Of a DNA stretch of 54,256 bases, positions 44,787-54,256 are shown one piece after another. The translations under genes and the position numbers were made by a program. The notes under the pieces are model-generated. The model made no database searches. It saw only the letters and a program-made list of their open reading frames with translations, and had not been told where the DNA came from. This DNA comes from a virus (taxonomy: Duplodnaviria; Caudoviricetes). The DNA lies in IMG/VR virus record IMGVR_UViG_3300033141_001736, positions 1 through 54,256 of that record. The stretch is one strand, 5' to 3'. Numbering within the stretch: position 1 is the first letter of the stretch; each line of letters begins with the position of its first letter.

Positions 44787-45082
44787 AAAAGGTTGTAATC
44801 GAGGATGCGCACGGATATAAGCATGCCTTTCTCCTTCGAGACACCGACCCCGTTTCGATGGCCGAACAAGGCATTCCGCTTGAACCGCCGGATGTCAATC
44901 TCATCCCTTGGGAGGAGGTGAAGCGAGACTTACACAACGCTTTGGTAGAGTACGGATTGTTCACTTGGCAGGACGTTCAGCGCGGCCAAAACCGCATCAC
45001 AACTATCACTCGCTCGCTTATCAAGCGGCATTTGGTCCTGCTATACAGGCTAGACGAACAGGAGGTAAAGCAGAATGGGTGA
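44783..45082 (+). CDS. hypothetical protein
   Basis: Overlap-coupled on both sides. Confidence 0.65.
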   Translation: MKKVVIEDAHGYKHAFLLRDTDPVSMAEQGIPLEPPDVNLIPWEEVKRDLHNALVEYGLFTWQDVQRGQNRITTITRSLIKRHLVLLYRLDEQEVKQNG

Positions 45083-46568
45083 CCCACTTGCTACTGGGTA
45101 TACGCGCGTCTTTCTGATTGAAGGCCGCGCGCGGGCTGACCGTGAACCCAGTTACGAGTCCTCGCTGAAGATGGCGGGTATTGACTACTCGCGCGGAGAC
45201 ATCGAGGACATCAAAGTACCAGACCCGCAGACATACGACCGCTTCAAGACCGTCGGCAAACTGCGCGGCGAAGAGGAGCGGCCATCAACAAGCCTAAGCG
45301 GGCGGTACTGTGTGGACGTAAGAAGCGAACTGCTTCGCCTAGCCAGAATTGGCTGCGCCGTGGATGTGCAGTTGCACATGGGCACTTGCAGCATCCCGAG
45401 TATCTTCAATGAGTTCCAGAAGGCGGTCGTGCTGGAGGATGTGTACCTTGCCAGCTACTCCACCGATGAACTGGGCGCTTTGGGGCCTGATGAGAGGGCC
45501 GTGGTCAATGAAACCGTGGAAATCTCGGCGGCGAAAATCTACGAAGTCCTGCCCGTAGTAGTCTCCGAGGTCGGCGCGGATGTAGTGACCAATGAAGTCC
45601 TCGACATCATCATCGCGGACCAAGTGAGTTGTGGCGAGTGCGAGAGTTACTCGGATGGCTGCCAGAAAATCTTTGCCATCACGAAAGCCGCGGGCGGCTC
45701 GCCTTCAACGCCTGCCGATGTGGTGTTCTCGCTTGATGGAGGGGCGACGTGGCACGCTCATGACATCGATAGCATGAATGCCACAGATGACCCTTCGGCA
45801 ATTGCCAAGGTCCAGAGTTACATCGTCGTTGTCTCGCAAGATAGCGGCTCGCTGCACTATGCCCTGTTCTCAGAGTTCGACGGCGCGACTGACCCCGACT
45901 TCACCGAAGTCAGCACGGGCTTCAATGCTTCTGGCGCTCCGAATGATATTTGGAGCATCGGCAATATGGCATTCATCGTTGGCGAGGGTGGCTACATCTA
46001 CAAGGTCACGGACCCGTCCGCGGGTGTGACCGAGTTGGATAGTTCCGCTGCCGGAGGCGATGGGCTGAACGCGGTCCATGCGCTCGATGACGAGAAAGCA
46101 GTTGCGGTCGGAGATAACGGTGCGGTTGTCTACACCCGCAACGGCACGCTTTGGACTGCCGCTTCCCGCCCCGTGGGTTATGGCGTAAACCTGACCTGCG
46201 TTTGGATGCGGGGCGAGGATGAGTGGTGGGTCGGGACGGATGACGGCCGGGTGTTCTACACGCTTGATGCTGGAACCTCTTGGACCGAAAAGTCCCTGCC
46301 GGGCAATCTGGCTGCTATCTATGACATCTGCTTCCCGTTTGAGAGTGTTGGCTGGATTGCTGGCGCTACTTCGGCACCTGCGGGCCGCATCTTGCGGTCT
46401 TACGATGGCGGTTACTCCTGGCTGGTCATCCCAGAGGGCACAAGCGTTATCCCCGCCAATGATGCCGTCAACGCAATCGCAGGCTGTACCGAAGACGCTA
46501 ACATCCTGGCCGCTGGCGGGCTTGCCGACGATGGCTCCGATGGCATCCTGCTGATTGCCCAACCTTAG
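45075..46568 (+). CDS. major tail tube protein with C-terminal BNR/Asp-box beta-propeller
   Basis: Upstream of chaperones and tape measure; SLDGGATW, TRNGTLW, TLDAGTSW, SYDGGYSW. Confidence 0.7.
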   Translation: MGDPLATGYTRVFLIEGRARADREPSYESSLKMAGIDYSRGDIEDIKVPDPQTYDRFKTVGKLRGEEERPSTSLSGRYCVDVRSELLRLARIGCAVDVQLHMGTCSIPSIFNEFQKAVVLEDVYLASYSTDELGALGPDERAVVNETVEISAAKIYEVLPVVVSEVGADVVTNEVLDIIIADQVSCGECESYSDGCQKIFAITKAAGGSPSTPADVVFSLDGGATWHAHDIDSMNATDDPSAIAKVQSYIVVVSQDSGSLHYALFSEFDGATDPDFTEVSTGFNASGAPNDIWSIGNMAFIVGEGGYIYKVTDPSAGVTELDSSAAGGDGLNAVHALDDEKAVAVGDNGAVVYTRNGTLWTAASRPVGYGVNLTCVWMRGEDEWWVGTDDGRVFYTLDAGTSWTEKSLPGNLAAIYDICFPFESVGWIAGATSAPAGRILRSYDGGYSWLVIPEGTSVIPANDAVNAIAGCTEDANILAAGGLADDGSDGILLIAQP

Positions 46569-46599
46569 CAGAAGATGAGCCTTCGGACTGGAGGAAAGA

Positions 46600-47136
46600 A
46601 TGGCTAACGAGGAGATAAAAGCTGCTGTCAAAGTAGCGGAAAGCAGGCAACGTGCGGGCGATGATGTTGTGACCTTGAGTACGGGCTATCGCGCGCGCAT
46701 CCGCCCAGTATCGGTTTCGTTGATTGATGAGGTGCAGGCTTCCTTCAAGGAACCCGAAGTGCCCATCTGGCACAATCCCGACAAGGACCGGGATGAACCT
46801 AATCCCAACGACCCCGAATACGTCAAGGCGCTGGCCGAGGTGGAGCGCAAGCGAGGGCGGGCAGTCATTGATACCTTGTTGCTCATGGGTATCCAATTGA
46901 TTGACGGCTTGCCCGAGGATGATGGCTGGCTCGAAGAATTGCGTATGCTTGAAAAGCAGGGCTATCTCGACCTGAGCGGTATTGACTTTGATAATCCCCG
47001 AGAGAAGGAACTGCTATTCAAGAGGTACGTTGCCTGCTCCGCCGAAGACATCGCGCTCGTCGTGGATGTGAGCGGCGTCTCAGAGGAGGACATCGGCCGT
47101 TCGATGCGCTCCTTTCGAGGTGAAGAGACAGGGTGA
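46600..47136 (+). CDS. tail assembly chaperone (gpG-like)
   Basis: Between tail tube and tape measure; GGAGG RBS. Confidence 0.7.
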   Translation: MANEEIKAAVKVAESRQRAGDDVVTLSTGYRARIRPVSVSLIDEVQASFKEPEVPIWHNPDKDRDEPNPNDPEYVKALAEVERKRGRAVIDTLLLMGIQLIDGLPEDDGWLEELRMLEKQGYLDLSGIDFDNPREKELLFKRYVACSAEDIALVVDVSGVSEEDIGRSMRSFRGEETG

Positions 47137-47389
47137 ATGGATATGGGAGGTTCCACTCCCAGATGCCATTGACCCAAAGATAACCTACTCTCAAACCTTC
47201 GAGTTTTGGGCCGCGGCCACGAATGCTAATCTCGACCTGTGGCGGTGGGAGCAGGGTCTATATCCCCGTTGGTTCATGGCTAAGGTTGTCGCGTTTTACC
47301 GCCTCAGCAATCTAGTCGAGGCGCATAAATCGCAGGCTGTTGTCGCGAAGCAGAAGCGCGAAGCGAAGAAGCGCGGGAGGCGAAGGTAG
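47120..47389 (+). CDS. tail assembly chaperone extension (gpT-like), probably reached by frameshift
   Basis: Overlaps the previous ORF in the +1 frame at TCC TTT CGA; no strong RBS. Confidence 0.6.
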   Translation: MKRQGEWIWEVPLPDAIDPKITYSQTFEFWAAATNANLDLWRWEQGLYPRWFMAKVVAFYRLSNLVEAHKSQAVVAKQKREAKKRGRRR

Positions 47390-49663
47390 ATGGGTTTCGA
47401 GAAACTGGGTATCCAAGCCGTCGCCGCAGGCGTTCCAGGTTTTGTGAGCGACCTCGGTCGTATGCAGGGTGCCATCAGCAAGACCTCCGGCGCAGCCCAA
47501 AGAATGGCATCCGATTTCGTCGGCGTCGGAGATACTGTCCTAAAAGCCGCCGCGGGCTTGGGCACGGCCATAGTAGGGGCCGCTGGCGCTGCTGGAGGCG
47601 CGCTGTTCAAACTCGCCGCGGATGCGGCCCCTCTCGCCGGTGTGCGAACCGCATTCGAAGCTACATCAGAGCGGATAGGGAAGTCCGGCGACGAAATGCT
47701 CGCCGCGCTCCAGAAGGCATCGGGCGGCATGATTGATAATCGCCGCTTGATGCTGGAGTTCAACAAGTCCGCTGCGCTCATCTCGGATGACTTCGCTGCC
47801 CGGCTGCCTGATGCTTTCGGCTTGCTCGCAAAGGCTTCGCTCGCAACCGGCCAGTCGCTTGATTGGATGCTCCAGTCCTACACATTGGGCGTCGGCCGTC
47901 TGAGCCCAATGATTATCGACAACCTCGCCATTCAAGTCAAAGCAACAGAAGCGTATGAGGAGTTCGCAGAGGCGAATGGCTTGGTTGCGAGTGAGTTGAC
48001 CAAGACGCAGCAGCAGATGGCCTTGAATGAGGCCGTCATCGCCAAACTCGAAGAGAAATACGGGGCCTTGGGGGATGTCGGAGACACAACGGTAGGCAAG
48101 CTCGGCAGCCTCGGCACGATGTTCTCGAACCTGAAAGATGAACTCGGCCTCGCTCTCTTGCCTGCGTTTGGCACATTGATTGACACCCTTACAGGAATGC
48201 TCAATGATGTGCTGCCCCGGTTCCTGGAGTACTTCCGGGACAAGATTGTGCCAGTTATCGAGGTGGTGACTTTCCAGTTCGCCAACTGGGTGAAGCATGT
48301 GCGCGATGGCACTAATCCGATAATGGCTTTCGCCCTTCTGATTGATAATATGTACGGCACGCACCTGCGCGAGACGGTGGGCAAGACTATAAGCAAACTC
48401 AGTGAACTTATCGAGAAGTTCAAGGAGTTTTACACGGAACACAAGGACGAAATCATCGCTGCGGCAAAGGCTATCGCCGGGGCGCTCGGCGGGGCCGCTA
48501 TGGTTGCTGCAATCATGCGGCTCACAACGTTGCTCGCTCGTCTTACGTCGCCAATAGGACTTTTGATTACATTCATCGGCTTGTTGGCAGCGGCATGGGA
48601 AGGCGACTGGCTCGGCATCCGCACAACCCTCACAGACTTCTGGGAGAATGTAGGCCAGCCCATCTTCGAAGAAATCTCAACGTGGCTTGAGGAAAAGATA
48701 CCCCAGGCGGTGCAAATAGCGAAGAGCTTTTGGGAGCAGAGATTGCAGCCGATATTTGATAAGGCCCAGACATGGCTCAAGAGATTGTCGGGCGGGATGG
48801 ATGAGTTTGGCATTGCATTCCTGCCGGCGCTATTGAGGATCCGAGAATTTGTCCAGCCGATTATCGAAACCTTCCGCTCCTGGTTCGCGACAGTTTCCGA
48901 AGAAGGACCTTCCGCATTGGCCGAGCTTATTGCATTCTTCCAGCCAATCATCGAAGGTGTGCAAGCCATCATTGACGCCGTGAGGGAAAACTGGCCTGCC
49001 GTCCAAGAGGCTTTCGCGCGGGTGAGCAACTTCATCAAGGAGACTGTCGGGCCTACGTTTTCGACGGTGGTTGAAAATATCCGCGACGCTCTTGAGGCGG
49101 CGGTGAAGATTGTGGGCAAGTTGCTGAAGAAGATTGCTGCCTTCTGGTCGAAGCACGGCGACAAGATTATGGAGACAGTTAGCAATGCCTTCAACTTCAT
49201 CTTGGGCATCATCGAGATTGTGCTGACCACGGGTTCTGGCTTGGTAGCGGCTATCCTGCAACTCATCGCAGGCGACTTCGAAGGCTTTCTGGATACGCTC
49301 ACGCGAACAGGCGAAAACTTGAAGAACCTGTGGTGGCGCGTGTGGGATTCTTTGAGGCAGACCGTGGTCAACATTTGGGATGGGATTGTTGGCTTCGTGC
49401 GAAACGGTCTTGCGAGACTGGTTGAAATGTTAGAGCCTGCGCTTGACTTCGCGGAATGGCTAGGTATGCCTGTGGGGGGCATTCGCAGCTTGGGTGAGGC
49501 CTTGACTTCCGGACCGGGCACCTTTGCGAGCATCCCTATCATGCCTGAGGCGACAAGTCCCGAGGTCACAAACTACAACCTGACGGTGAACACAAGCACG
49601 CCTGTTGAGCCTGTCATATCGGACTTCAATATGATGAGAGCGTTGGGAGGGCTGATACCGTGA
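47390..49663 (+). CDS. tape measure protein
   Basis: Ala/Gly-rich helical protein; GR.SP.I.DNL; periodic W/F repeats. Confidence 0.9.
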   Translation: MGFEKLGIQAVAAGVPGFVSDLGRMQGAISKTSGAAQRMASDFVGVGDTVLKAAAGLGTAIVGAAGAAGGALFKLAADAAPLAGVRTAFEATSERIGKSGDEMLAALQKASGGMIDNRRLMLEFNKSAALISDDFAARLPDAFGLLAKASLATGQSLDWMLQSYTLGVGRLSPMIIDNLAIQVKATEAYEEFAEANGLVASELTKTQQQMALNEAVIAKLEEKYGALGDVGDTTVGKLGSLGTMFSNLKDELGLALLPAFGTLIDTLTGMLNDVLPRFLEYFRDKIVPVIEVVTFQFANWVKHVRDGTNPIMAFALLIDNMYGTHLRETVGKTISKLSELIEKFKEFYTEHKDEIIAAAKAIAGALGGAAMVAAIMRLTTLLARLTSPIGLLITFIGLLAAAWEGDWLGIRTTLTDFWENVGQPIFEEISTWLEEKIPQAVQIAKSFWEQRLQPIFDKAQTWLKRLSGGMDEFGIAFLPALLRIREFVQPIIETFRSWFATVSEEGPSALAELIAFFQPIIEGVQAIIDAVRENWPAVQEAFARVSNFIKETVGPTFSTVVENIRDALEAAVKIVGKLLKKIAAFWSKHGDKIMETVSNAFNFILGIIEIVLTTGSGLVAAILQLIAGDFEGFLDTLTRTGENLKNLWWRVWDSLRQTVVNIWDGIVGFVRNGLARLVEMLEPALDFAEWLGMPVGGIRSLGEALTSGPGTFASIPIMPEATSPEVTNYNLTVNTSTPVEPVISDFNMMRALGGLIP

Positions 49664-52134
49664 TAGGTATTCTTCGGCCAGTAGCTACGACGAACCTCAT
49701 TGAAAATCCCTCATTGGGCCTGGACACAACAGGCTACATAGCATCCGGCTCATCAATTGCGCGTTCGCTTGACAGGGCGCGGTTCGGCAGGGCCTCATTG
49801 AAAATAACGCCTGACGGCCTTGCTCTCAACGAGGGCGCATACTATTCTATCGACCCCAACGACAGTAAGGCGCAGTACACCGGCAGCGTTTACGTACGCG
49901 GAGCGGGCACCGTCCGCATTCGCCTCAGAGACCAGACGAACGGTTTGGAATGGGTAGGGAAACCTGTCACTATCGACGATGATTACTGGCGCAGGCTATC
50001 AGTAACCGGCGTGCTTGGGGCTAACACCTGCTCCGACCTTCGCTTGTACGTCGAGACGGCGGGCCGAATTCAGAGCGGCGTTTTCTACGCAGACGGCTTT
50101 CAGACTGAGCAGGGGTCTCTGACTTCCTACACCGACGGCGACCTTGAACTTGAAGTCGCCTTGCACGATGGCGCGCCTTTCTTTTGGTGGGAGGGTGGAC
50201 GTTATTCGTCTATATCACACCGCTCCAGGCGGTACCGCCCTGCCGGAGAACTCGTAGACCTTTCCCAAGGGCTTGACGTGAACCTCTGGCCCACGGCCAT
50301 CTCCGGCTTGGGCATGCCGCCCATCCGTTTGCGTACACAAACCTATCCCAACAATGACCGCGCAGAAGTGCAATCAGTCATGCCGCAGCCGCGCGCCGTG
50401 ATGATGACTTTTACTGCGGTCGGGTCGAACAGAGAGTTGAAGCCCGTTTCGCTCAGGGCGCTGAACAGGGCTAGGCGCGCCCTCGAAGATGTGGTGAAAG
50501 CGGACATGACGCAGATGCCGCAGCCTTTTATCCTCAGATACGCTGAGGATTATCTGGCGATGGACCTTGAGGCGTTCTACGAAGCGGGCTTGGAGTTTCA
50601 AGGGGACATCCGCTATCCGATTGAAAATCGGTTCGGCGCTCGGTTCTTTTGCCCTAATCCCTTCTGGCAGGCCGATAGCCAGGACGTTCACGAACTGACG
50701 GCTTCACAATCAATTGTGACATCTAACTACGGCTTGCTCGCGCGCGTCAATGGGGAGTGGCAAGAGATTGTAGATGTGAACGGAGCCATCAATGTCGTGG
50801 CGGTTCATCCGAACGGCGACATCTACATCGGGGGCGCGTTCACTTCCGTGGGCGGTGTAGCCAATACCGCCCGCGTCGCCCGCTACGACGGTGAGAACTG
50901 GCACGCTCTAGCCAACGGCATTGACGACGGAGAAGTGAATGCCATAGCATTCGCTGCGGATGGCACGGTTTACATTGGTGGCTCTTTCACGGCTATCTCA
51001 GCGACGACCTACAACCGCATCGCTTCTTATGACCCTTCAACTGACGCTTTCTCGCAGATGGGGACCGAGGCCACCAAAGGGCTTGATAATGTGGTGCGCG
51101 GGCTGGCGGTTGCCGACGACCTGACCCTCTATATCGCAGGGGACTTCACCGCCACCGCTGGCGGCGGGACCACCTTGAACTATGTCGCATCTTACACGCC
51201 CGGCACGAATGCCTTTGGCGCTCTGAGCAACGGATTGAACGCGGCGGCCTACTGCGTGATTGTGGACATGGACGGCTCGACGGTTTATTTCGGGGGCAAC
51301 TTCACGGACGAGAGCGGCGGTCCCGGCACCTACAACCTCGAACGCATTGCCAAGTGGACCGGAAGCGCCTGGGCCGAGATGTCCGAAGAAGGCATGGATG
51401 CCACTGTTCGCTGCTTCGCCCGCGGCGCAGACGGGCGCATCTACGCAGGCGGCGCATTCACGCAGGCTGGCTTTTGGGATGCCGACGGCGTGGCGGTTTG
51501 GAGCCGCAGGGAGTGGTATCCGTTAGGCAAAGACGGGGACGGAGTAGCAGGCGGCGGAGCAACAGTTTACGGTTTGGTCGAAGACGATAAGGGGCTCCTG
51601 TGGATTGCCGGTGACTTCACGTCTGTTACAAACGCCTCGCTTGCCGATTACTTGGCGACCTGGGATAAGACGAGGTTGCGCCACACGGATGCTCAATTCC
51701 CTGCGGCCCTTCATTCCATCGCTGCGAAAGGCGAAGACATCTACGTTGCCCTGAGCGGCTCCGGCACGACAACGGCTGCTTATGTCGAAGATGTCGAGAG
51801 CAACGGGCGGGCGGCTTCTGGACCCTTGCTGGATATACTGGGGCCTGCGCATTTGGTTTGGCTTGAAAATCAAGAAACGGACGCAGCCCTAATCCTCGAC
51901 CTCGAAGTGCAGGATGGCGAGAGAGTGCTGATTGACATGCGCCCAGGCATGATGAAAGCCATATCCGACGCCCGCGGCAATGTGATGAACGGCATTTCTC
52001 CAGGCTCTAACTTTGGAGACTTACGGCTTCTGCCAGGAGATAACCGCATCGCCTTTTTGGCGACCGGCACGACTGGAGATAGCGAATTGTGCATCCGCTG
52101 GCGGCCCGCTCATTGGAGCTTTGACGACCTATGA
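49660..52134 (+). CDS. distal tail (Dit-like) protein with CBM-like and beta-propeller insertions
   Basis: Follows TMP; TNLI.NPS CBM-like start; F.CPNPFW; repeated IYIGG.FT blades; L.PGDN.I C-terminus. Confidence 0.75.
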   Translation: MIGILRPVATTNLIENPSLGLDTTGYIASGSSIARSLDRARFGRASLKITPDGLALNEGAYYSIDPNDSKAQYTGSVYVRGAGTVRIRLRDQTNGLEWVGKPVTIDDDYWRRLSVTGVLGANTCSDLRLYVETAGRIQSGVFYADGFQTEQGSLTSYTDGDLELEVALHDGAPFFWWEGGRYSSISHRSRRYRPAGELVDLSQGLDVNLWPTAISGLGMPPIRLRTQTYPNNDRAEVQSVMPQPRAVMMTFTAVGSNRELKPVSLRALNRARRALEDVVKADMTQMPQPFILRYAEDYLAMDLEAFYEAGLEFQGDIRYPIENRFGARFFCPNPFWQADSQDVHELTASQSIVTSNYGLLARVNGEWQEIVDVNGAINVVAVHPNGDIYIGGAFTSVGGVANTARVARYDGENWHALANGIDDGEVNAIAFAADGTVYIGGSFTAISATTYNRIASYDPSTDAFSQMGTEATKGLDNVVRGLAVADDLTLYIAGDFTATAGGGTTLNYVASYTPGTNAFGALSNGLNAAAYCVIVDMDGSTVYFGGNFTDESGGPGTYNLERIAKWTGSAWAEMSEEGMDATVRCFARGADGRIYAGGAFTQAGFWDADGVAVWSRREWYPLGKDGDGVAGGGATVYGLVEDDKGLLWIAGDFTSVTNASLADYLATWDKTRLRHTDAQFPAALHSIAAKGEDIYVALSGSGTTTAAYVEDVESNGRAASGPLLDILGPAHLVWLENQETDAALILDLEVQDGERVLIDMRPGMMKAISDARGNVMNGISPGSNFGDLRLLPGDNRIAFLATGTTGDSELCIRWRPAHWSFDDL

Positions 52135-53279
52135 ATGCTCGGAATTGGCTAATCATCCGAACGCATGATGGGCAGATGTTGACAGTCGTCAACGATGTCA
52201 TCATGGCGGAGTTGGTCAGAACGCAAAACGAAGAGGGTTGGTTCCAGGTCACAGTCTCTCCGGATTTCGACCCGCGCTACTTCCACGCCGACAACATCGT
52301 GGAGTTCTGGCGGCAGCCCGTCGGCGGCGAAGAAGTGTGTCTCGGCACCGGCCTAATGAGAATATGGGGCTGGAAGGAAACCGGCTCAGGCGAAGAGGTA
52401 GCCTATTTCTCGGGGCCGGACCAAATCGAACTGCTGAAACGGCGGATTGTGAACTATCGCTCTCAAACATCAGAGGCCGAAAAGGCCATGGAAGCGGATG
52501 ACCTAATCAAGGAAGTAGTGAATGAAAATATGGGGCCGGGCGCGGGCAATGACTACTATGGCCGCCCGCGCTACTATCCCGCGGCGCACTTCTCCATCGC
52601 GCCGGACGAGACCGCGGCTCCGTCGGTTGATATGGCGTTTGCGTGGCGCAATGTTTTGGAGGTCATCAAGTCTGTGGCCGAGGCATCGGCCAATCAAGGC
52701 ACAAACCTTTTCTTTGACCTGGAGTACCTCGGCGAAGCCGTGTACCTGTTCAAGACCTGGGTGAATATCAGAGGCGTGGACCGAACCCTGAAAGGCTCAG
52801 TCGCGCCTATCGTGTTCTCGAAAGAAACTGGGAACCTCGCCAAGCCCGATTTGAAATGGGACTACTCGGAAGAAATCAATTACGTCACCGGCGGTGGTCC
52901 GGGCGAGGGCGCAGGCCGCATTATAGACCCTGAGAACGACCAAGTGCGAGAACAATTGACAATCTGGAACAAGAGGGAAGCCTTCCAAGACGCTCGTGAG
53001 TGCCCCTCGACCGGAGGCTCTTTGTGTGTCGCCAACAAAGCATTCGACCGGATGCAGGCGGGGCGACCAAAGGTCTATTTCACAGGCAAGCTACTCGACA
53101 CGCCATCCGGCAGGTTTGCAAAGGACTGGTTCTTTGGGGACAAGGTGACAATCCGCTATCACGGCTTTGAATTTGATGGTCATGTTGCACAATTTCATTT
53201 GCGCTGGACCGCGCGCGGCGATGATACGCTTGAAGCGGCGGTAAAGGTTACGGAGACGCTGGAAGGTCATCCGACATAA
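52131..53279 (+). CDS. baseplate hub / siphovirus Gp37-like minor tail protein
   Basis: After Dit; N.V.GGG.GEG..R, RE.FQDAR, F.KDW..GDKVT. Confidence 0.75.
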   Translation: MNARNWLIIRTHDGQMLTVVNDVIMAELVRTQNEEGWFQVTVSPDFDPRYFHADNIVEFWRQPVGGEEVCLGTGLMRIWGWKETGSGEEVAYFSGPDQIELLKRRIVNYRSQTSEAEKAMEADDLIKEVVNENMGPGAGNDYYGRPRYYPAAHFSIAPDETAAPSVDMAFAWRNVLEVIKSVAEASANQGTNLFFDLEYLGEAVYLFKTWVNIRGVDRTLKGSVAPIVFSKETGNLAKPDLKWDYSEEINYVTGGGPGEGAGRIIDPENDQVREQLTIWNKREAFQDARECPSTGGSLCVANKAFDRMQAGRPKVYFTGKLLDTPSGRFAKDWFFGDKVTIRYHGFEFDGHVAQFHLRWTARGDDTLEAAVKVTETLEGHPT

Positions 53280-53293
53280 CGGGAGGTGAGGGC

Positions 53294-53869
53294 ATGGCTA
53301 GGAAACTTGAAGGCGGGACCGCGAAGCCAGTCGTCTTGTACGATTTGATTGATGACGTATTGGCTAGCGTCGATAGAATTTCAAAAGGTTTGGCAGTCAT
53401 CCAGGTTTCTCACCGTGAGATACACGACGGCACGGCTTACTCGCTCACCTACATCGACGAAAATCTTGGCGACGATGCGACCATCATTTTCGGCCTACCT
53501 GCCTATCCCACCCTGGGCAAGATGATTCACCTTGTGTTCTCAGGCGGCTGCGGCGGAGACGCCATCATCGAACTGCTGGAGAACCCGACCATCACCGGCG
53601 GGAGCAATATGCAGGCCAAGAACATGAACCGGAATTACGCCGACGGCCTGACCTGGAAACTGAACCCGACACTCGGCGGCACCCCGACAACGCTGGCGGA
53701 GGTCTATCTGTTCGGCGGGTCCGCTCCGAAGCCCGTCGGCATCGCTGGTGGCATGCGAGCGGATTGGGAGTGGCTTTTGTACCCGACGCGCACCTATGCG
53801 CTCAGGCTCACGAACAAGGCCGGAAGCGCCCAAGCAGCACAATTGATGTGCGATTACTACGTGGAGTGA
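53294..53869 (+). CDS. putative virion structural protein
   Basis: GGGAGG RBS; beta-rich; tail module context. Confidence 0.55.
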   Translation: MARKLEGGTAKPVVLYDLIDDVLASVDRISKGLAVIQVSHREIHDGTAYSLTYIDENLGDDATIIFGLPAYPTLGKMIHLVFSGGCGGDAIIELLENPTITGGSNMQAKNMNRNYADGLTWKLNPTLGGTPTTLAEVYLFGGSAPKPVGIAGGMRADWEWLLYPTRTYALRLTNKAGSAQAAQLMCDYYVE

Positions 53870-53875
53870 TGGTGA

Positions 53876-54256
53876 ATGATTGAGCGCCAATTGGCGGCCC
53901 GCCTTGACCGGGCGAAGAAACTCATCGAACGCCTCGAGACACTCGAATTCACCTCGGCGGGCATGTCGAATGAAATCATCCTGCTCAATGCCAACGCCGA
54001 GGCGATAGGGCGGTACGGTTTCTCTGAAGAAGGGTTTGACGCCGCCATCGCGGACGCCGGGGACGGCGACACAATCCTGCTGCCGGTCGGGACATTGACA
54101 ATCACCGGGAATAAGACTATCCCCTCAGGCTGCTCGCTGATTGGGCGCGGCAAGGACAACTCCATCATCTCGGCCTCGGGCAATTACTCGTCCCCGCTCA
54201 TCCGCATCGACTATGCCATCGCAAAGGGCTTCCGCCTCAACTGGACGCGCTCGACC
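53876..54256 (+). CDS. tail fibre/spike with pectin-lyase-like beta-helix start, truncated at window edge
   Basis: Hand-translated MIERQLAARL...AIADAGDGDTILLPVG...SLIGRG; frame stays open to the window end. Confidence 0.65.
   Translation, partial: MIERQLAARLDRAKKLIERLETLEFTSAGMSNEIILLNANAEAIGRYGFSEEGFDAAIADAGDGDTILLPVGTLTITGNKTIPSGCSLIGRGKDNSIISASGNYSSPLIRIDYAIAKGFRLNWTRST

Noticed and set aside
48430-49569. 379-aa minus-strand ORF and other long antisense ORFs in the right arm
   Set aside because: Antisense to tape measure and other clear genes; expected from GC-rich codon bias

Overview
This is about 54 kb of a tailed dsDNA phage (or prophage) with a siphovirus-like tail module, built as two divergent arms around a control region at about 19.5-20.2 kb. 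The left arm (1-19.5 kb, minus strand) holds dozens of short, tightly coupled genes. Recognisable ones are an ERF recombinase, DUF932, ParB, an Hjc-type resolvase, PD-(D/E)XK nucleases and an internally deleted DUF5131, alongside repeated RBS/junction motifs and several structured non-coding stretches. The right arm (20.2 kb to end, plus strand) opens with a 7-deazaguanine-type cluster (ParB-N, TGT/DpdA-like, QueC, QueF-like, YhhQ) that unexpectedly contains a myo-inositol-1-phosphate synthase. Then come terminases, portal, a MuF-like protein, a 1578-aa protease/scaffold polyprotein split by five K-GGPGSGNWGH repeats (two modules GNAT-like) and the major capsid protein. A six-enzyme glycan-building cluster follows, and then the tail genes. 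No integrase, DNA polymerase, lysis genes, tRNAs or CRISPR array were seen. All calls come from recognising motifs by eye; no database search or RNA folding was run.
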